Origin: Alphaproteobacteria bacterium | GTDB taxonomy: Bacteria; Pseudomonadota; Alphaproteobacteria; JAOXRX01 | Assembly: GCA_025800285.1 (NCBI GenBank) | Contig: JAOXRX010000037.1 | Location: 52,651 to 116,650 of the forward strand | Direction: 5' to 3' | Length of the DNA: 64,000 nt | In this document: in pieces, positions 15,678-30,346 of the stretch | Position numbering within the stretch: the stretch's first letter is position 1 | How the letters are laid out: each line of letters begins with the position of its first letter | Translations under genes and position numbers: made by a program | The notes under the pieces: model-generated | The model's input: only the letters and a program-made list of their open reading frames with translations | The model's database searches: none | What the model was told of the DNA's origin: nothing

Positions 15678-16628
15678 TTATTTAAAAACCCCTATCACAC
15701 TCATCATATCTTCTGGAATCTCACTTATAAAGTGCATCTCCTCTTTTGTACTAGGATGAATAAAAGCTATTTCTTTTGCATGCAAAGCTTGTCTATCAAA
15801 GCATCTCAATATCGCCTTTTGTTCATCTGTAAATTTATATTTATTGATTTTGCTTCTACCATAAACTTGATCTCCTAAAAGAGGACAACCTATATGAGTC
15901 ATATGAACTCTTATTTGATGAGTCCTTCCTGTTTCAAGTTTACATTCAACTAAACAAAGCTTTCTCTCAAATGTTTTAAGAGTCTTATAATTTGTGATTG
16001 CCTCTTTACCAGCATCTTCACCCAGAACAGACATTTTTTTACGATTCGTTTTACTTCTTCCAATGTTAGTTAGGATTGTTCCTGATGATGGAGATGGATT
16101 TCCCCAAACAATAGCATTATAAACTCTAGAAAGCTTTCTCTTTTCTAACTGCTTTGATAAATGTTTATGTGCTTTATCGTTTTTCGCAACGATCATCAAG
16201 CCACTTGTATCTTTATCTAAACGATGAACAATTCCCGGTCTTTGTACTCCACCTATGCCAGAAAGGCTATCTTTACAATGGAACAGTATAGCATTTACTA
16301 GAGTCCCATCATAATTACCAACAGCAGGATGCACAACCATACCTACTTCTTTATTGATAACTAGAACATCATCATCTTCATAAACGATGTTTATAGGTAT
16401 ATCTTGTGGTTCTGGGATTGCCTCTTTAACTTCTGGAATTTCAACGAAAAACACATCTCCTTTTTTAACTTTTGTTGCTGGAGATATTTTTTCATAATTT
16501 TTACTTTTTACATAATCATTCTCTATGTAATTCTTTAATTGGTTTCTGGATATTTCTGGCAGAGATTTCGCCAAACAGAAATCCAATCTTTTTTTATTTA
16601 ACTCTTCTGATATTTGAACTTTTAACAT
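15678..16628 (-). CDS. rluD: 23S rRNA pseudouridine synthase RluD (RluA family with an S4 domain).
   Basis: S4-like N-terminus, the HRLDKDTSGLMIVAKN catalytic-Asp motif and GRTHQIRVH. The ORF track starts 15 nt earlier, at 16643. Confidence 0.88.
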   Translation of the reverse strand: MLKVQISEELNKKRLDFCLAKSLPEISRNQLKNYIENDYVKSKNYEKISPATKVKKGDVFFVEIPEVKEAIPEPQDIPINIVYEDDDVLVINKEVGMVVHPAVGNYDGTLVNAILFHCKDSLSGIGGVQRPGIVHRLDKDTSGLMIVAKNDKAHKHLSKQLEKRKLSRVYNAIVWGNPSPSSGTILTNIGRSKTNRKKMSVLGEDAGKEAITNYKTLKTFERKLCLVECKLETGRTHQIRVHMTHIGCPLLGDQVYGRSKINKYKFTDEQKAILRCFDRQALHAKEIAFIHPSTKEEMHFISEIPEDMMSVIGVFK

Positions 16629-16678
16629 ACAGCTTTTATACAATAGATTTTTACAAAAGACAAATTATTTCTTTTTGA

Positions 16679-18823
<2,145 letters not shown>

Positions 18824-18851
18824 TTTTTATATAATATAATAAATCTATTTA

Positions 18852-20027
18852 TTAAGATACATTTTCCAACCAAGATTCATAAAGTTTTTTCTGGTTGTAA
18901 TGCTTATTAGCCATAGCCTGCCTTAACTTGTCTTTGATTTCCGGCCAACCATCAACTAATTTTTGCAAATCATCATTCTTAAGAACAAGCAGAGTACTCT
19001 CTGTAACAGAGGTTACACTAGCAGTTCTGATTCCACCACCGCCAAGAGCACTAACTTCTCCAAAAAATTCTCCTTCTCCTAAACTTACAACACCATGCGA
19101 AAGATCCATTTCCATTTCACCCTTTGCAATAAAGTAAAGAGCATTTGATATTTCTCCTTTTTGAATTACTACAAATCTAGCAGGAACAAGTTTTTGCTTC
19201 AATACGGAAGTAATCTGAGCAAGTCTCTCTGGATCAAGCCCCTTAAAGAAAGGCACTTTTGACACCATGGAAAAGTTTAACATAAAGTCTTTTCTTTTTA
19301 TCTCTCTTGCAAAACCAGCAGCTAACAAACCTGCAGGCAAAGTAAACATAGCAATACCCATAACCGCAATTATACCACCAAACATTCTACCCGCTGGAGT
19401 TAAAGGCACAATATCTCCATAACCAACTGTTGTCATAGTAGCAACTGACCACCACATAGAAGCAGGAATGCTAGAGAATGTATCTGGTTGAACATCCTTC
19501 TCAAGCACCCAAATAACACCTGAAGCGAAAACAAATACTATAAGCATTGTAAACAATGCAGCAAACACAGGTTTTCTCTCATAGTAAAGCACTTCCCCCA
19601 GAGTTTTCAATGCTGGAGAATACCTAATAATCTTAAGTATCACAACAAGCTCTAGAATTAAAGCTGTATTTGGATTAATAGGAAATAGGAACCAAGGTAT
19701 AAAAGCTAAAAAGTCTATTACAGACAAAAATTGTGTCATAAACTTCAATCTACCAAAAACTGGATGGCGATTTTCTTCTCTTCTATCTTCCACACAAGAC
19801 CAAAGTCTCAATATAAACTCAACAAAGAAAACAGCTTTTGCTGTTAAATCTATTGATTTAAACCACATTGAGAAACCTTGATTTATAGCTTCTACACTAT
19901 CTAAACAAAGGGAGAAAACATTAAACAGTATTAGAGATATAATAAAAACTCTAAATATGTTGTACCCATCATTATATCTATTATTATCAGATAGTATGTC
20001 AAATGTTTTTTGTCTTAGTCTTACCAT
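18852..20027 (-). CDS. Cyclic-nucleotide-gated potassium channel (MlotiK1-like): a 6-TM ion-transport domain with a K+ selectivity filter, plus a C-terminal cNMP-binding domain.
   Basis: Selectivity filter TTVGYGDIVP. CNB-domain phosphate-binding cassette FGEVSALGGGGIRTASVTSVTESTLLVL. Confidence 0.8.
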   Translation of the reverse strand: MVRLRQKTFDILSDNNRYNDGYNIFRVFIISLILFNVFSLCLDSVEAINQGFSMWFKSIDLTAKAVFFVEFILRLWSCVEDRREENRHPVFGRLKFMTQFLSVIDFLAFIPWFLFPINPNTALILELVVILKIIRYSPALKTLGEVLYYERKPVFAALFTMLIVFVFASGVIWVLEKDVQPDTFSSIPASMWWSVATMTTVGYGDIVPLTPAGRMFGGIIAVMGIAMFTLPAGLLAAGFAREIKRKDFMLNFSMVSKVPFFKGLDPERLAQITSVLKQKLVPARFVVIQKGEISNALYFIAKGEMEMDLSHGVVSLGEGEFFGEVSALGGGGIRTASVTSVTESTLLVLKNDDLQKLVDGWPEIKDKLRQAMANKHYNQKKLYESWLENVS

Positions 20028-20106
20028 AAAAAATAAAATCCCTTGTTTTTCTTAAAAATACAAGAGATTTCATTTTTTGTCAAATATTTAATTTCTGTTA
20101 AATAGA

Positions 20107-21045
20107 TTATTTAGTCATTTCAAAGAACTTATTTCTTCTGTCTTCACGAATTTCTTCTCTAGACATGTTCTCATAAGATTTAAGAGATGCTAAAATTGTT
20201 TCTTTAACTGCATCCATCATTTGGTTTCTAAATCTATGAGCACCACCTATAGGCTCTTTAATAATTTCATCAATAATACCTAACTCTTTTAAGTCTTTTG
20301 CTGTTAATCTAAGAGCATTTGCAGCATCTTTTGTGAACTTCCCACTTCTCCAAAGAATTGAAGCACAACCTTCTGGAGAGATAACAGAATAAACAGAGTT
20401 TTCTAACATAATAACTTTATTTGCTGTTGCAATAGCTATAGCACCACCAGATCCACCTTCTCCGATAACAACTGAGATAATTGGGACTTGAACATCAAAA
20501 GAAACCTCCATTGATTTAGCAATTGCTTCTGCTTGTCCTCTTTCTTCAGCTCCAAGCCCTGGATAAGCACCAGCTGTATCAACTAGAGTAATTACTGGTA
20601 TATTGTATCTATCTGCAAGTTGCATAAGTCTTTGAGCTTTTCTATAACCCTCAGGGCAAGTCATACCAAAGTTATGTTTAATTCTGCTTTCTGTGTCAGA
20701 ACCTTTTTCTTGGCCTAGTATCATACAAGTAACCCCACCAATACGACCGATACCACTTATAATAGCTTCATCTTCAGAGAACAGTCTATCACCAGCAATT
20801 GGCATAAAATCTTCTACAAAGTATTCTATATAATCTTTTGTGTGAGGTCTATCTGGATGTCTAGCAACCTGAACCTTTTGTTCTGGAGTCAACTTTTCAT
20901 AAGTTGATTTTAAATGTTTTTCTAGTTTAACACTTAATTTTTCAATTTCTGAGCCTATATCTACTTTATTCTCACATGATAAAAGTTTCAGCTCTTTAAT
21001 CTTATTCTCTAATTCAGATATATCTTTTTCAAAATCTAAAATCAT
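20107..21045 (-). CDS. accA: Acetyl-CoA carboxylase carboxyltransferase alpha subunit.
   Basis: 312 aa, collinear with AccA (…DRPHTKDYI…VIGEGGSGGAIAI…). Confidence 0.95.
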   Translation of the reverse strand: MILDFEKDISELENKIKELKLLSCENKVDIGSEIEKLSVKLEKHLKSTYEKLTPEQKVQVARHPDRPHTKDYIEYFVEDFMPIAGDRLFSEDEAIISGIGRIGGVTCMILGQEKGSDTESRIKHNFGMTCPEGYRKAQRLMQLADRYNIPVITLVDTAGAYPGLGAEERGQAEAIAKSMEVSFDVQVPIISVVIGEGGSGGAIAIATANKVIMLENSVYSVISPEGCASILWRSGKFTKDAANALRLTAKDLKELGIIDEIIKEPIGGAHRFRNQMMDAVKETILASLKSYENMSREEIREDRRNKFFEMTK

Positions 21046-21133
21046 AATTCTTCCTGTTTTTTGTTAGCGACAAGAAAAACCCTAACACAATTATAAAAAA
21101 AATGCTAGAGTTTTTTATATCAAAAAAATTTAA

Positions 21134-21742
21134 TTAGTTTAAAACTAACTGTCTTTTAGCATCAGAAGTAAAAGAAAGCTTAGGCTTAACTTCTTTAGCT
21201 TTATCATATTTAATAGAGTTTTCTCTCTCTGAGAATGAGTATTCTTCTTCATATTTCTTTAAAAAGCCTCTATTCATAGCATTTTGAACACTGCTTCTTT
21301 CAAGAACCTCTAGTGGTAAAGCTCTTTCAAGAACTTCTTCATAAAAGTTATCAGCATAACCAGATGCATGTTTTTCAATACCTGTAACAACTAGATCTTC
21401 ATTTTCACCTCTTGACATAAAGAGATCTGACAAACTATCTAAAAGGAAAGGAATTCTTCTACAGTCACACACTTCCAAACCCTTCTCTACCACACATCTG
21501 TGCTCTTTAATATCTTCAGGTATCAAATCTTTAAATAATTCTGGAACTCTACTTGAGCTAAATAATCCTTGATGAACAGTGATTAAGTTAATTGTCTCTT
21601 CAACTAAGTCTTCTCTTAGAATATTTCTATCTTTTAAGTTATCTTTATACTCTTTAATAGTTCTAGCTATTAATTTACTTTTTTCTGCTGTTCTTTTTTT
21701 CATTTTCTTAACTTCTGCTATTGTTAAAACTCTCTCTGACAT
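21134..21742 (-). CDS. Hypothetical protein (202 aa) with a Cys cluster (HRCVVEKGLEVCDCRR). Last gene of a tight three-gene cluster.
   Basis: ORF track. No recognised domain. It sits 15 nt downstream of the preceding ORF. Confidence 0.5.
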   Translation of the reverse strand: MSERVLTIAEVKKMKKRTAEKSKLIARTIKEYKDNLKDRNILREDLVEETINLITVHQGLFSSSRVPELFKDLIPEDIKEHRCVVEKGLEVCDCRRIPFLLDSLSDLFMSRGENEDLVVTGIEKHASGYADNFYEEVLERALPLEVLERSSVQNAMNRGFLKKYEEEYSFSERENSIKYDKAKEVKPKLSFTSDAKRQLVLN

Positions 21743-21757
21743 TTATTTTCACCTTTC

Positions 21758-22303
21758 TTAGATTATCGATAACAACTTTCCTCTTGGTATAACTTTTCCA
21801 CTTAGTGTTTTTATTTTTACATTATTATTATGTAATTTTTGATATTCAATATACTTAATATCCTCTATGAAGTCTCTAAAATCATCAAGAGAACCACCAG
21901 TTTCTTTTATTTGCTGATAACCCTTAACTTCAATTTCAGACCTAATTCTTTTATCCGCAATAACACCTGCAGGAAGAGATTTAGCCACATCTACCATATC
22001 AACTCCTTTATCATTAGCTCGCTCTATTGCAAAAAACATTAAATCTCTATTTTCAATTTTCTCTGCAAAATCTTTCGGCATATGAGACATAACATCAACT
22101 ATTTCAATTAAGTTAGCAGATTTAAGAGCCTGCTTCAATATATGTCTATCATATCTGAATTCTTCACCCATGATTTCTGAATATAGCATAGAAACACTAT
22201 TCTTATACCCCTTTTTTTCAGAAGCCATCATGGATATTAAAATCCTAGCTTTAGCTTTTTTATAAGATTCTTTTTCGAACTCAGCCTTATATTTATTAGA
22301 CAT
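21758..22303 (-). CDS. Hypothetical protein (181 aa). Middle gene of the cluster.
   Basis: ORF track. No recognised domain. Its start abuts the upstream ORF's stop (22303/22305). Confidence 0.5.
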   Translation of the reverse strand: MSNKYKAEFEKESYKKAKARILISMMASEKKGYKNSVSMLYSEIMGEEFRYDRHILKQALKSANLIEIVDVMSHMPKDFAEKIENRDLMFFAIERANDKGVDMVDVAKSLPAGVIADKRIRSEIEVKGYQQIKETGGSLDDFRDFIEDIKYIEYQKLHNNNVKIKTLSGKVIPRGKLLSII

Positions 22304-22304
22304 T

Positions 22305-22553
22305 TTAAACCCCTAAGTCTAAAGCTTTAGTTTTTATCAGACCCTTACCAGATAAAGAAACAGATTCTTCTTTTCTTCTTACATCAGATATATACTTTTT
22401 CAATCCCTCTTTTTGTTCCTTTGGACATTTAGAAATTAGTATAGAAGCATTATTTATTAAATTTTTTACAGGAAGAGAGTGAGCCAAAGCTACAATTTCT
22501 TCTGGTTTTGCTTTTAAAATAGCCCTGATTGCTTCTCTTTTAAATTTTTCCAT
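22305..22553 (-). CDS. Hypothetical protein (82 aa). First gene of the cluster.
   Basis: ORF track. Basic and helical. No recognised domain. Confidence 0.4.
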   Translation of the reverse strand: MEKFKREAIRAILKAKPEEIVALAHSLPVKNLINNASILISKCPKEQKEGLKKYISDVRRKEESVSLSGKGLIKTKALDLGV

Positions 22554-22674
22554 ATTAGTTACCTTTTATTATTAAGTTAAGATTAATTATATCATAAAAT
22601 TTCATTTTTTTCAATACAAAAAACATAGGGTTAAACCTATGTTTTTTATACATTAAATATATTTATATTTTTGA

Positions 22675-23625
22675 CTACATTGCCATTTTTAGATTAAAGG
22701 CAGCATTCATTTCATCTTCAACAGTCATATCAACCATTTCCCATGCTGATTTATCTGCAAAGATAGCTCTTAATAGCTTATTATTTAAGTCATGTCCTGA
22801 TTTTATCCCATGGAATTTACCTATTATAGGAGCTCCAGCCAAGAACAAATCACCAATTGAATCTAGAATTTTATGACGAACAAACTCATCTGCATACCTT
22901 AAACCATTTTCGTTTAAAATCTTATCATCTTCTACCACAACAGCATTTTCTAAAGACCCACCCAAAGCTAGCCCCATAGATTTTAAAGCTTCAACATCCT
23001 TAAGCATACCAAAAGTTCTTGCTCTAGAAATCTCTTTCTTAAAAGCTGTTTCATCTAAATGCATGTCTTTATCTTGTTTACCAATAGCTTTACTATCAAA
23101 ATCAATTGAAAAACTAAATGAGCTCTTTTCTGCAGGAGTCATAACCACAGATTTATTTCCCTCATCAACAACAATTTCTTTTAAAACTTTAATTGCTTTT
23201 CTTTTCTCATTTTGTTGCTTGATGCCAGCACAATCAAATAAGAATACAAAAGGTTCTGAAGAACCATCCATAATAGGAACTTCTGCACCATCAATTTCAA
23301 TTAAGATGTTATCTATACCACAACCTCTAACAGCAGAGACTAAATGCTCTACAGTACCAACACTTGCTCCAAATTCATTTGCAACAACTGTACATAACTT
23401 AGTATCAACAACATTATCCCATGTTGCGTTTATTATATTTTTTCCATCTTCTAAGTCAGTTCTGACAAAAACAATCCCTGTATTAGCTTCAGCTGGCATA
23501 AATGTCATATTTATGTCTTTACCTGAATGCAATCCAATACCATTACAATGTATTTCATCTTGTATTGTTTGTTGAAACAATATATTGCTTTTATTTTTTC
23601 TTGGCATTTCAATAACTTTATTCAT
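22675..23625 (-). CDS. lpxC: UDP-3-O-acyl-N-acetylglucosamine deacetylase.
   Basis: 316 aa. Zinc-binding His and Asp residues present (HSGHDLNN…). Collinear with LpxC. Confidence 0.93.
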   Translation of the reverse strand: MNKVIEMPRKNKSNILFQQTIQDEIHCNGIGLHSGKDINMTFMPAEANTGIVFVRTDLEDGKNIINATWDNVVDTKLCTVVANEFGASVGTVEHLVSAVRGCGIDNILIEIDGAEVPIMDGSSEPFVFLFDCAGIKQQNEKRKAIKVLKEIVVDEGNKSVVMTPAEKSSFSFSIDFDSKAIGKQDKDMHLDETAFKKEISRARTFGMLKDVEALKSMGLALGGSLENAVVVEDDKILNENGLRYADEFVRHKILDSIGDLFLAGAPIIGKFHGIKSGHDLNNKLLRAIFADKSAWEMVDMTVEDEMNAAFNLKMAM

Positions 23626-23770
23626 AAAAATTCACCTTCCTGACTTCATATTTATCACGACTATAAATAGGAGTAAACAAATTTTGTGTTACATTTTGTA
23701 ATGTTTTATAAAAAAAGCTCCCTCTTATCAATAAATTAGAGAGAGCTTTTAATAAAATTAAAGATATATA

Positions 23771-26209
<2,439 letters not shown>

Positions 26210-26530
26210 TTAGTTTATTTATTTTTAACACATTTACGATTCGGAATGCAAAGGAAAAATGCAAAAAAACCATCTTTTCCCCTCAGCTAAGTCATTGATA
26301 TTGTCGAGTTTTTTTCTTCCCCTTCTAAAAACATGTTTAAAAACGAGTTATGCATAGACTTAATTAAAAATAAATAAATAAAAATGATGTTTAAGCTATG
26401 TTGAGAAAGGTTAAATTAGCTTATATAAAAAAAGTTAAGATTGTTTATTGTATATAATAACACAATAAATAAAGCCCCGACCAAAAGATCGAGGCTTTAA
26501 CAATTATCTAAAATTGAATTAAAATCTATT

Positions 26531-27274
26531 TTATACTCTTGCCATTCCACCGTTAACATTAATAGTTTGACCTGTAATGTATCCTGACTCTTCTGAAGCT
26601 AGGAAAATAACAGTATTAGCTATATCTTGAGATGATCCTAATTGTTTCATAGGAATGTTAACTGTAAGAGCATCTTTTTGCTCTTGAGTTAGTTTATCTG
26701 TCATTGGAGTTGCAATAAATCCAGGTGCGATAGCATTAACTGTAATTCCTCTTGTAGCAACTTCTACAGAAAGAGATTTACCCATAGCAATTAATCCACC
26801 TTTTGATGCAGAGTAGTTACATTGACCTGGGTTACCTGTAACACCAACAATAGAAGCCATATTGATAATTCTTCCATATCTATTTTTCATCATTGGTTTG
26901 ATAGCAGCTTTTGACAGGAAGAATGGCATTCTTAAGTTAACACTTAAAACTGAATCCCAATCAGCATCTGACATTCTCATTGCTAAACCATCTCTTGTAA
27001 TACCAGCATTGTTAACTAAAATGTCAACAGCCCCAGCAATTTCCACAGACTCTTCAATAAGAGCTTTAGCATCATCTTCTGTTGCTAAATCTTTTACGAT
27101 TGTGAATACTCTTGAGTCATCACCTAGAGAAGCTTTTAAAGCATCAAGACCTTCAGCACCTCTATCAGTTAAAACCAAAGTTGCTCCTTGAGCAAATGCA
27201 GTTTCTGCAATTTTTCTTCCAATACCACCAGCGGCACCAGTTAGTAACATAACTTTACCTGTTAAATCGAACAT
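26531..27274 (-). CDS. fabG: 3-oxoacyl-ACP reductase (SDR family).
   Basis: TGAAGGIGRKIA NAD(P)-binding site, NNAG, and a YSASKGG catalytic-tyrosine motif. 247 aa. Confidence 0.9.
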   Translation of the reverse strand: MFDLTGKVMLLTGAAGGIGRKIAETAFAQGATLVLTDRGAEGLDALKASLGDDSRVFTIVKDLATEDDAKALIEESVEIAGAVDILVNNAGITRDGLAMRMSDADWDSVLSVNLRMPFFLSKAAIKPMMKNRYGRIINMASIVGVTGNPGQCNYSASKGGLIAMGKSLSVEVATRGITVNAIAPGFIATPMTDKLTQEQKDALTVNIPMKQLGSSQDIANTVIFLASEESGYITGQTINVNGGMARV

Positions 27275-27350
27275 TATATTTCTCCTTAAGTTATTAAATA
27301 TTCTTTAGAACTTGTAATCTTATAACCTTTTTTATTTAAAAAAGCAAGTT

Positions 27351-28247
27351 TTATCTTGAGAAGCAGTCAGGCAAAGGAGCCTCTACACTAATCATTTTCT
27401 CTTCATTTGATGGGTTTGGAAAAGTTATTTTCTTAGCATGTAAATACATTCTATCTTTAAACTCTTTAAGATAAACTTTCTTACCACCATATTTACCATC
27501 GCCAATTATAGGACAACCTATCTTTTGCAAATGAACCCTAATTTGATGCATTCTTCCTGTCTCTGGATATAATTCAAACAGAGTAGCTTTATTCTCATAT
27601 TTATCTAAAACCTTATACCTTGTAACCGCTTCCTTACCATTTACACTAACAACTACTCTTTCATTATTTCCTAACTTCTTCATTAAAGGATAATTTATAA
27701 CCCCTTCTTTTTTGCTGGTACTGCCCCACCCCCATGCGACATAAACCTTTTTAATTGTTTTCTGTTTAAAGCCTTCTAACATTTTATGAGCTGTTTTATT
27801 GTTTCTAGCAAGAATTAAAACTCCAGATGTTTTCTTATCTAATCTATGAACAAGCTTTGGATTTTCTTTATTCCCAAATCTTAAAACCTCAAGCATAGAA
27901 TCTAAATTTTTAAAAGAGCCAGAACCTCCTTGCACTGCAAGCCCCTCCGGCTTATTAATAACTATAACATTATCATCCCTATACAAAACAGATTCAATTA
28001 ATAATTTTCTATCTCTTTCGTTTGGCTCATACTTTTTCTTTTTAGACTTTATAACTTCAACTTCTGGACAACAAACCTCATCATTAAAACAAACTCTTGC
28101 ATTTATTTTAACTTTTTTCCCATTAACTTTAACCTTACCTGTTCTTATAAACTTTTGAGCCTCTACTGCAGAATTAACAAGCTTATTTTTTAATAACCAC
28201 CTATCTAACCTGCTATTATCGTAATCTTTTTCAATCTTTTTTATCAT
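27351..28247 (-). CDS. rluC: RluA-family ribosomal large-subunit pseudouridine synthase (RluC-like) with an S4 domain.
   Basis: S4 N-terminus (LDRWLLKN...), HRLDKKTSGVLILARN and GRMHQIRVH. Confidence 0.8.
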   Translation of the reverse strand: MIKKIEKDYDNSRLDRWLLKNKLVNSAVEAQKFIRTGKVKVNGKKVKINARVCFNDEVCCPEVEVIKSKKKKYEPNERDRKLLIESVLYRDDNVIVINKPEGLAVQGGSGSFKNLDSMLEVLRFGNKENPKLVHRLDKKTSGVLILARNNKTAHKMLEGFKQKTIKKVYVAWGWGSTSKKEGVINYPLMKKLGNNERVVVSVNGKEAVTRYKVLDKYENKATLFELYPETGRMHQIRVHLQKIGCPIIGDGKYGGKKVYLKEFKDRMYLHAKKITFPNPSNEEKMISVEAPLPDCFSR

Positions 28248-28404
28248 ATTAACGATTTTATAATAAATTACATGTTATTACAATAAAAAAGTTCAGGGGG
28301 AGGACTTTATGAATGTTATAATGTTAACAATGCAAGCTTTTATAGCTTACTTCACTGTTATTTTATTTTTTTCTTGATTTTAGAGAACTGCTTTTTTATA
28401 ATAC

Positions 28405-29079
28405 TTGCGAAAAGGAAAAACAAGCATTATGGGAAAAATATTAACAGTACTAAAAACTATATTTATAGACAAAATGTGGGATAACATCGAATTCTGGCAT
28501 TTATTCTTTTTAACTGTACTTATATCATTAACAATTATAAAAATTTTATATATAATAGACAGAAATTTTGGAGCTTTTAAGAAAAACAAACAATATGATT
28601 TGTTAATATATAGAAAAATATCAGCCTTTGCTTCAAATGAAGAGATTCTGCTTTTTCTAGATGACTTACTTAAAAACCTTAGGTTTAAAAAATCAGAACT
28701 AAAACAAATTGAAGATTTAATTTCTTTACTAAGAAATAATAACAATAGATATAAAAGTGAATTATTGAGAATGCATGTAGATAAAATCTCAAAAGACTTA
28801 AATGTTTTAAAACACTTTTTGATTATAAACTTTTCAGAAGAAGAGTTAGATTCTATTAGTGAAGACTCATATCTAGTTCTACTACCAGAAACATTAAGAA
28901 CTCTTAATGACAAGAATAAAAAAGAGATATTAGTGCAAGACAACATGGGTGCAGAAATTATAGCTCAAAAGCAAGAATTCTACTTCCAAAAAGAAAGAGA
29001 ATTAAAAGAAATTACTCAAAAAGTTAAAAACGAATACAATTCATATGTAGCTTTAATAAAGAGATATCTAAATGTTTAA
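28405..29079 (+). CDS. Hypothetical membrane-anchored protein (224 aa) with a coiled-coil-rich C-terminus. It overlaps ftsB by 8 nt.
   Basis: One N-terminal TM (WHLFFLTVLISLTIIKILYII). Chosen over the antisense ORF 28380..28946 because it is coupled to ftsB. Confidence 0.45.
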   Translation: MRKGKTSIMGKILTVLKTIFIDKMWDNIEFWHLFFLTVLISLTIIKILYIIDRNFGAFKKNKQYDLLIYRKISAFASNEEILLFLDDLLKNLRFKKSELKQIEDLISLLRNNNNRYKSELLRMHVDKISKDLNVLKHFLIINFSEEELDSISEDSYLVLLPETLRTLNDKNKKEILVQDNMGAEIIAQKQEFYFQKERELKEITQKVKNEYNSYVALIKRYLNV

Positions 29080-29374
29080 CTCAAACAAAATAAATAAAAA
29101 AAACATAACTAGTGCAATATTGGTTATATTTATAATATATTTTATGTTTTACTTCCTATTTGGACGATATGGCTTTATTGAACACTCTAAAATACAAAGA
29201 GAAATTGTTGTACAATCTAAAGAACTTGAAAACATAGAAAACAGCAATACAAAGTTATCAAACAATATAAACTCTTTAAAGAGCCATAGTCTAGACAAAG
29301 ACTTACTAGATGAACAAGTTCGAAGAAATCTTGGATATGTTGATAAAGATGAGGTTGTTATATATTACAAATAA
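29072..29374 (+). CDS. ftsB: Cell-division protein FtsB (septum formation initiator family).
   Basis: N-terminal TM followed by a coiled coil, and the C-terminal motif LLDEQVRRNLGYVDKDEVVIY (cf. EERARNELSMTRPGETFY). 100 aa. Confidence 0.75.
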   Translation: MFNSNKINKKNITSAILVIFIIYFMFYFLFGRYGFIEHSKIQREIVVQSKELENIENSNTKLSNNINSLKSHSLDKDLLDEQVRRNLGYVDKDEVVIYYK

Positions 29375-29375
29375 A

Positions 29376-29412
29376 ACAAACTCCTCTGATTAGAGGAGTT
29401 TATTTTTATTAA
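29376..29412. terminator. Bidirectional terminator between the convergent ftsB and trxB genes.
   Basis: aaaacAAACTCCTCTgattAGAGGAGTTtatttttatt. Confidence 0.7.
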
Positions 29413-29425
29413 ACACTAAATATAT

Positions 29426-30346
29426 TTAAGCTAAGAACTTTTCAACTTCTATTGAAGCTTTAGCTCCAGTTCCTGCTGCTATAACAGCTTGCTTATAATT
29501 AGGCTCTGTAACATCACCACAAGCAAAAACACCCTCAACACTAGTCTCTGTTGAATACTCTTTTACTTTAATATAACCTAGCTCATCAATATCTAATGAA
29601 CCTTGAAAAATTTGACTATTTGGAACATAACCAATCGCAACAAAAGCACCGTCCACTTCAACATCAGACACTTCTTCTGTGTTTTTATTTTTAACTCTAA
29701 CTGCTGATAATTTTTCTCCATCGCCTACGAACTCTTGCACTAATGAGTCCCAAACGATTTCTATTTTATCATTATCAAATAGCTTTTGCTGTTGTATTTT
29801 TTCTGCTCTTAGAGCATCTCTTCTATGTATTAAATAAACTTTTTTACAAAAGTTTGTTAAGTACAAAGCTTCTTCCACAGCGGTATCTCCGCCACCTAAA
29901 ACAGCTACAGTCTTACCTTTAAAAAAGAACCCGTCACAAGTAGCACAATAAGACACACCTTTATTTAAATATTTTTCTTCAGATTCAATTCCAAAAGTCC
30001 TTGGTTTTGCACCTGTAGCAATAACAACAGAGTCTGCTTCATAAGTTTCATTATCAGATTTAAGAATAAATGGTCTTTTTGAGAAATCGACTCCTGTAAT
30101 TGTGTCTCTCTTAATCTCTGCTCCAAATCTTTCAGCTTGAGACTTCATCTTCATCATTAAATCAAAACCTTGTATTCCTTCTGGAAATCCTGGGTAATTC
30201 TCAACATCTGTAGTTTTTGTTAATTGACCTCCCTCAACATCTCCTGATAAAATTATTGGGTTTAGATTTGCTCTACCCATATAAACACCTGCTGTATATC
30301 CTGCAGGACCTGTTCCAAGAACAATAACTTTACTTTTTACTGTCAT
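29426..30346 (-). CDS. trxB: Thioredoxin-disulfide reductase.
   Basis: FAD site GTGPAGYTAG and redox-active CATCDG. 306 aa. Confidence 0.95.
   Translation of the reverse strand: MTVKSKVIVLGTGPAGYTAGVYMGRANLNPIILSGDVEGGQLTKTTDVENYPGFPEGIQGFDLMMKMKSQAERFGAEIKRDTITGVDFSKRPFILKSDNETYEADSVVIATGAKPRTFGIESEEKYLNKGVSYCATCDGFFFKGKTVAVLGGGDTAVEEALYLTNFCKKVYLIHRRDALRAEKIQQQKLFDNDKIEIVWDSLVQEFVGDGEKLSAVRVKNKNTEEVSDVEVDGAFVAIGYVPNSQIFQGSLDIDELGYIKVKEYSTETSVEGVFACGDVTEPNYKQAVIAAGTGAKASIEVEKFLA

Noticed and set aside
28380-28946. 188-aa minus-strand ORF
   Set aside because: It overlaps almost entirely with the plus-strand 224-aa ORF, which is translationally coupled to ftsB. It is low-complexity and Leu/Ser/Phe-rich, typical of AT-rich antisense frames.
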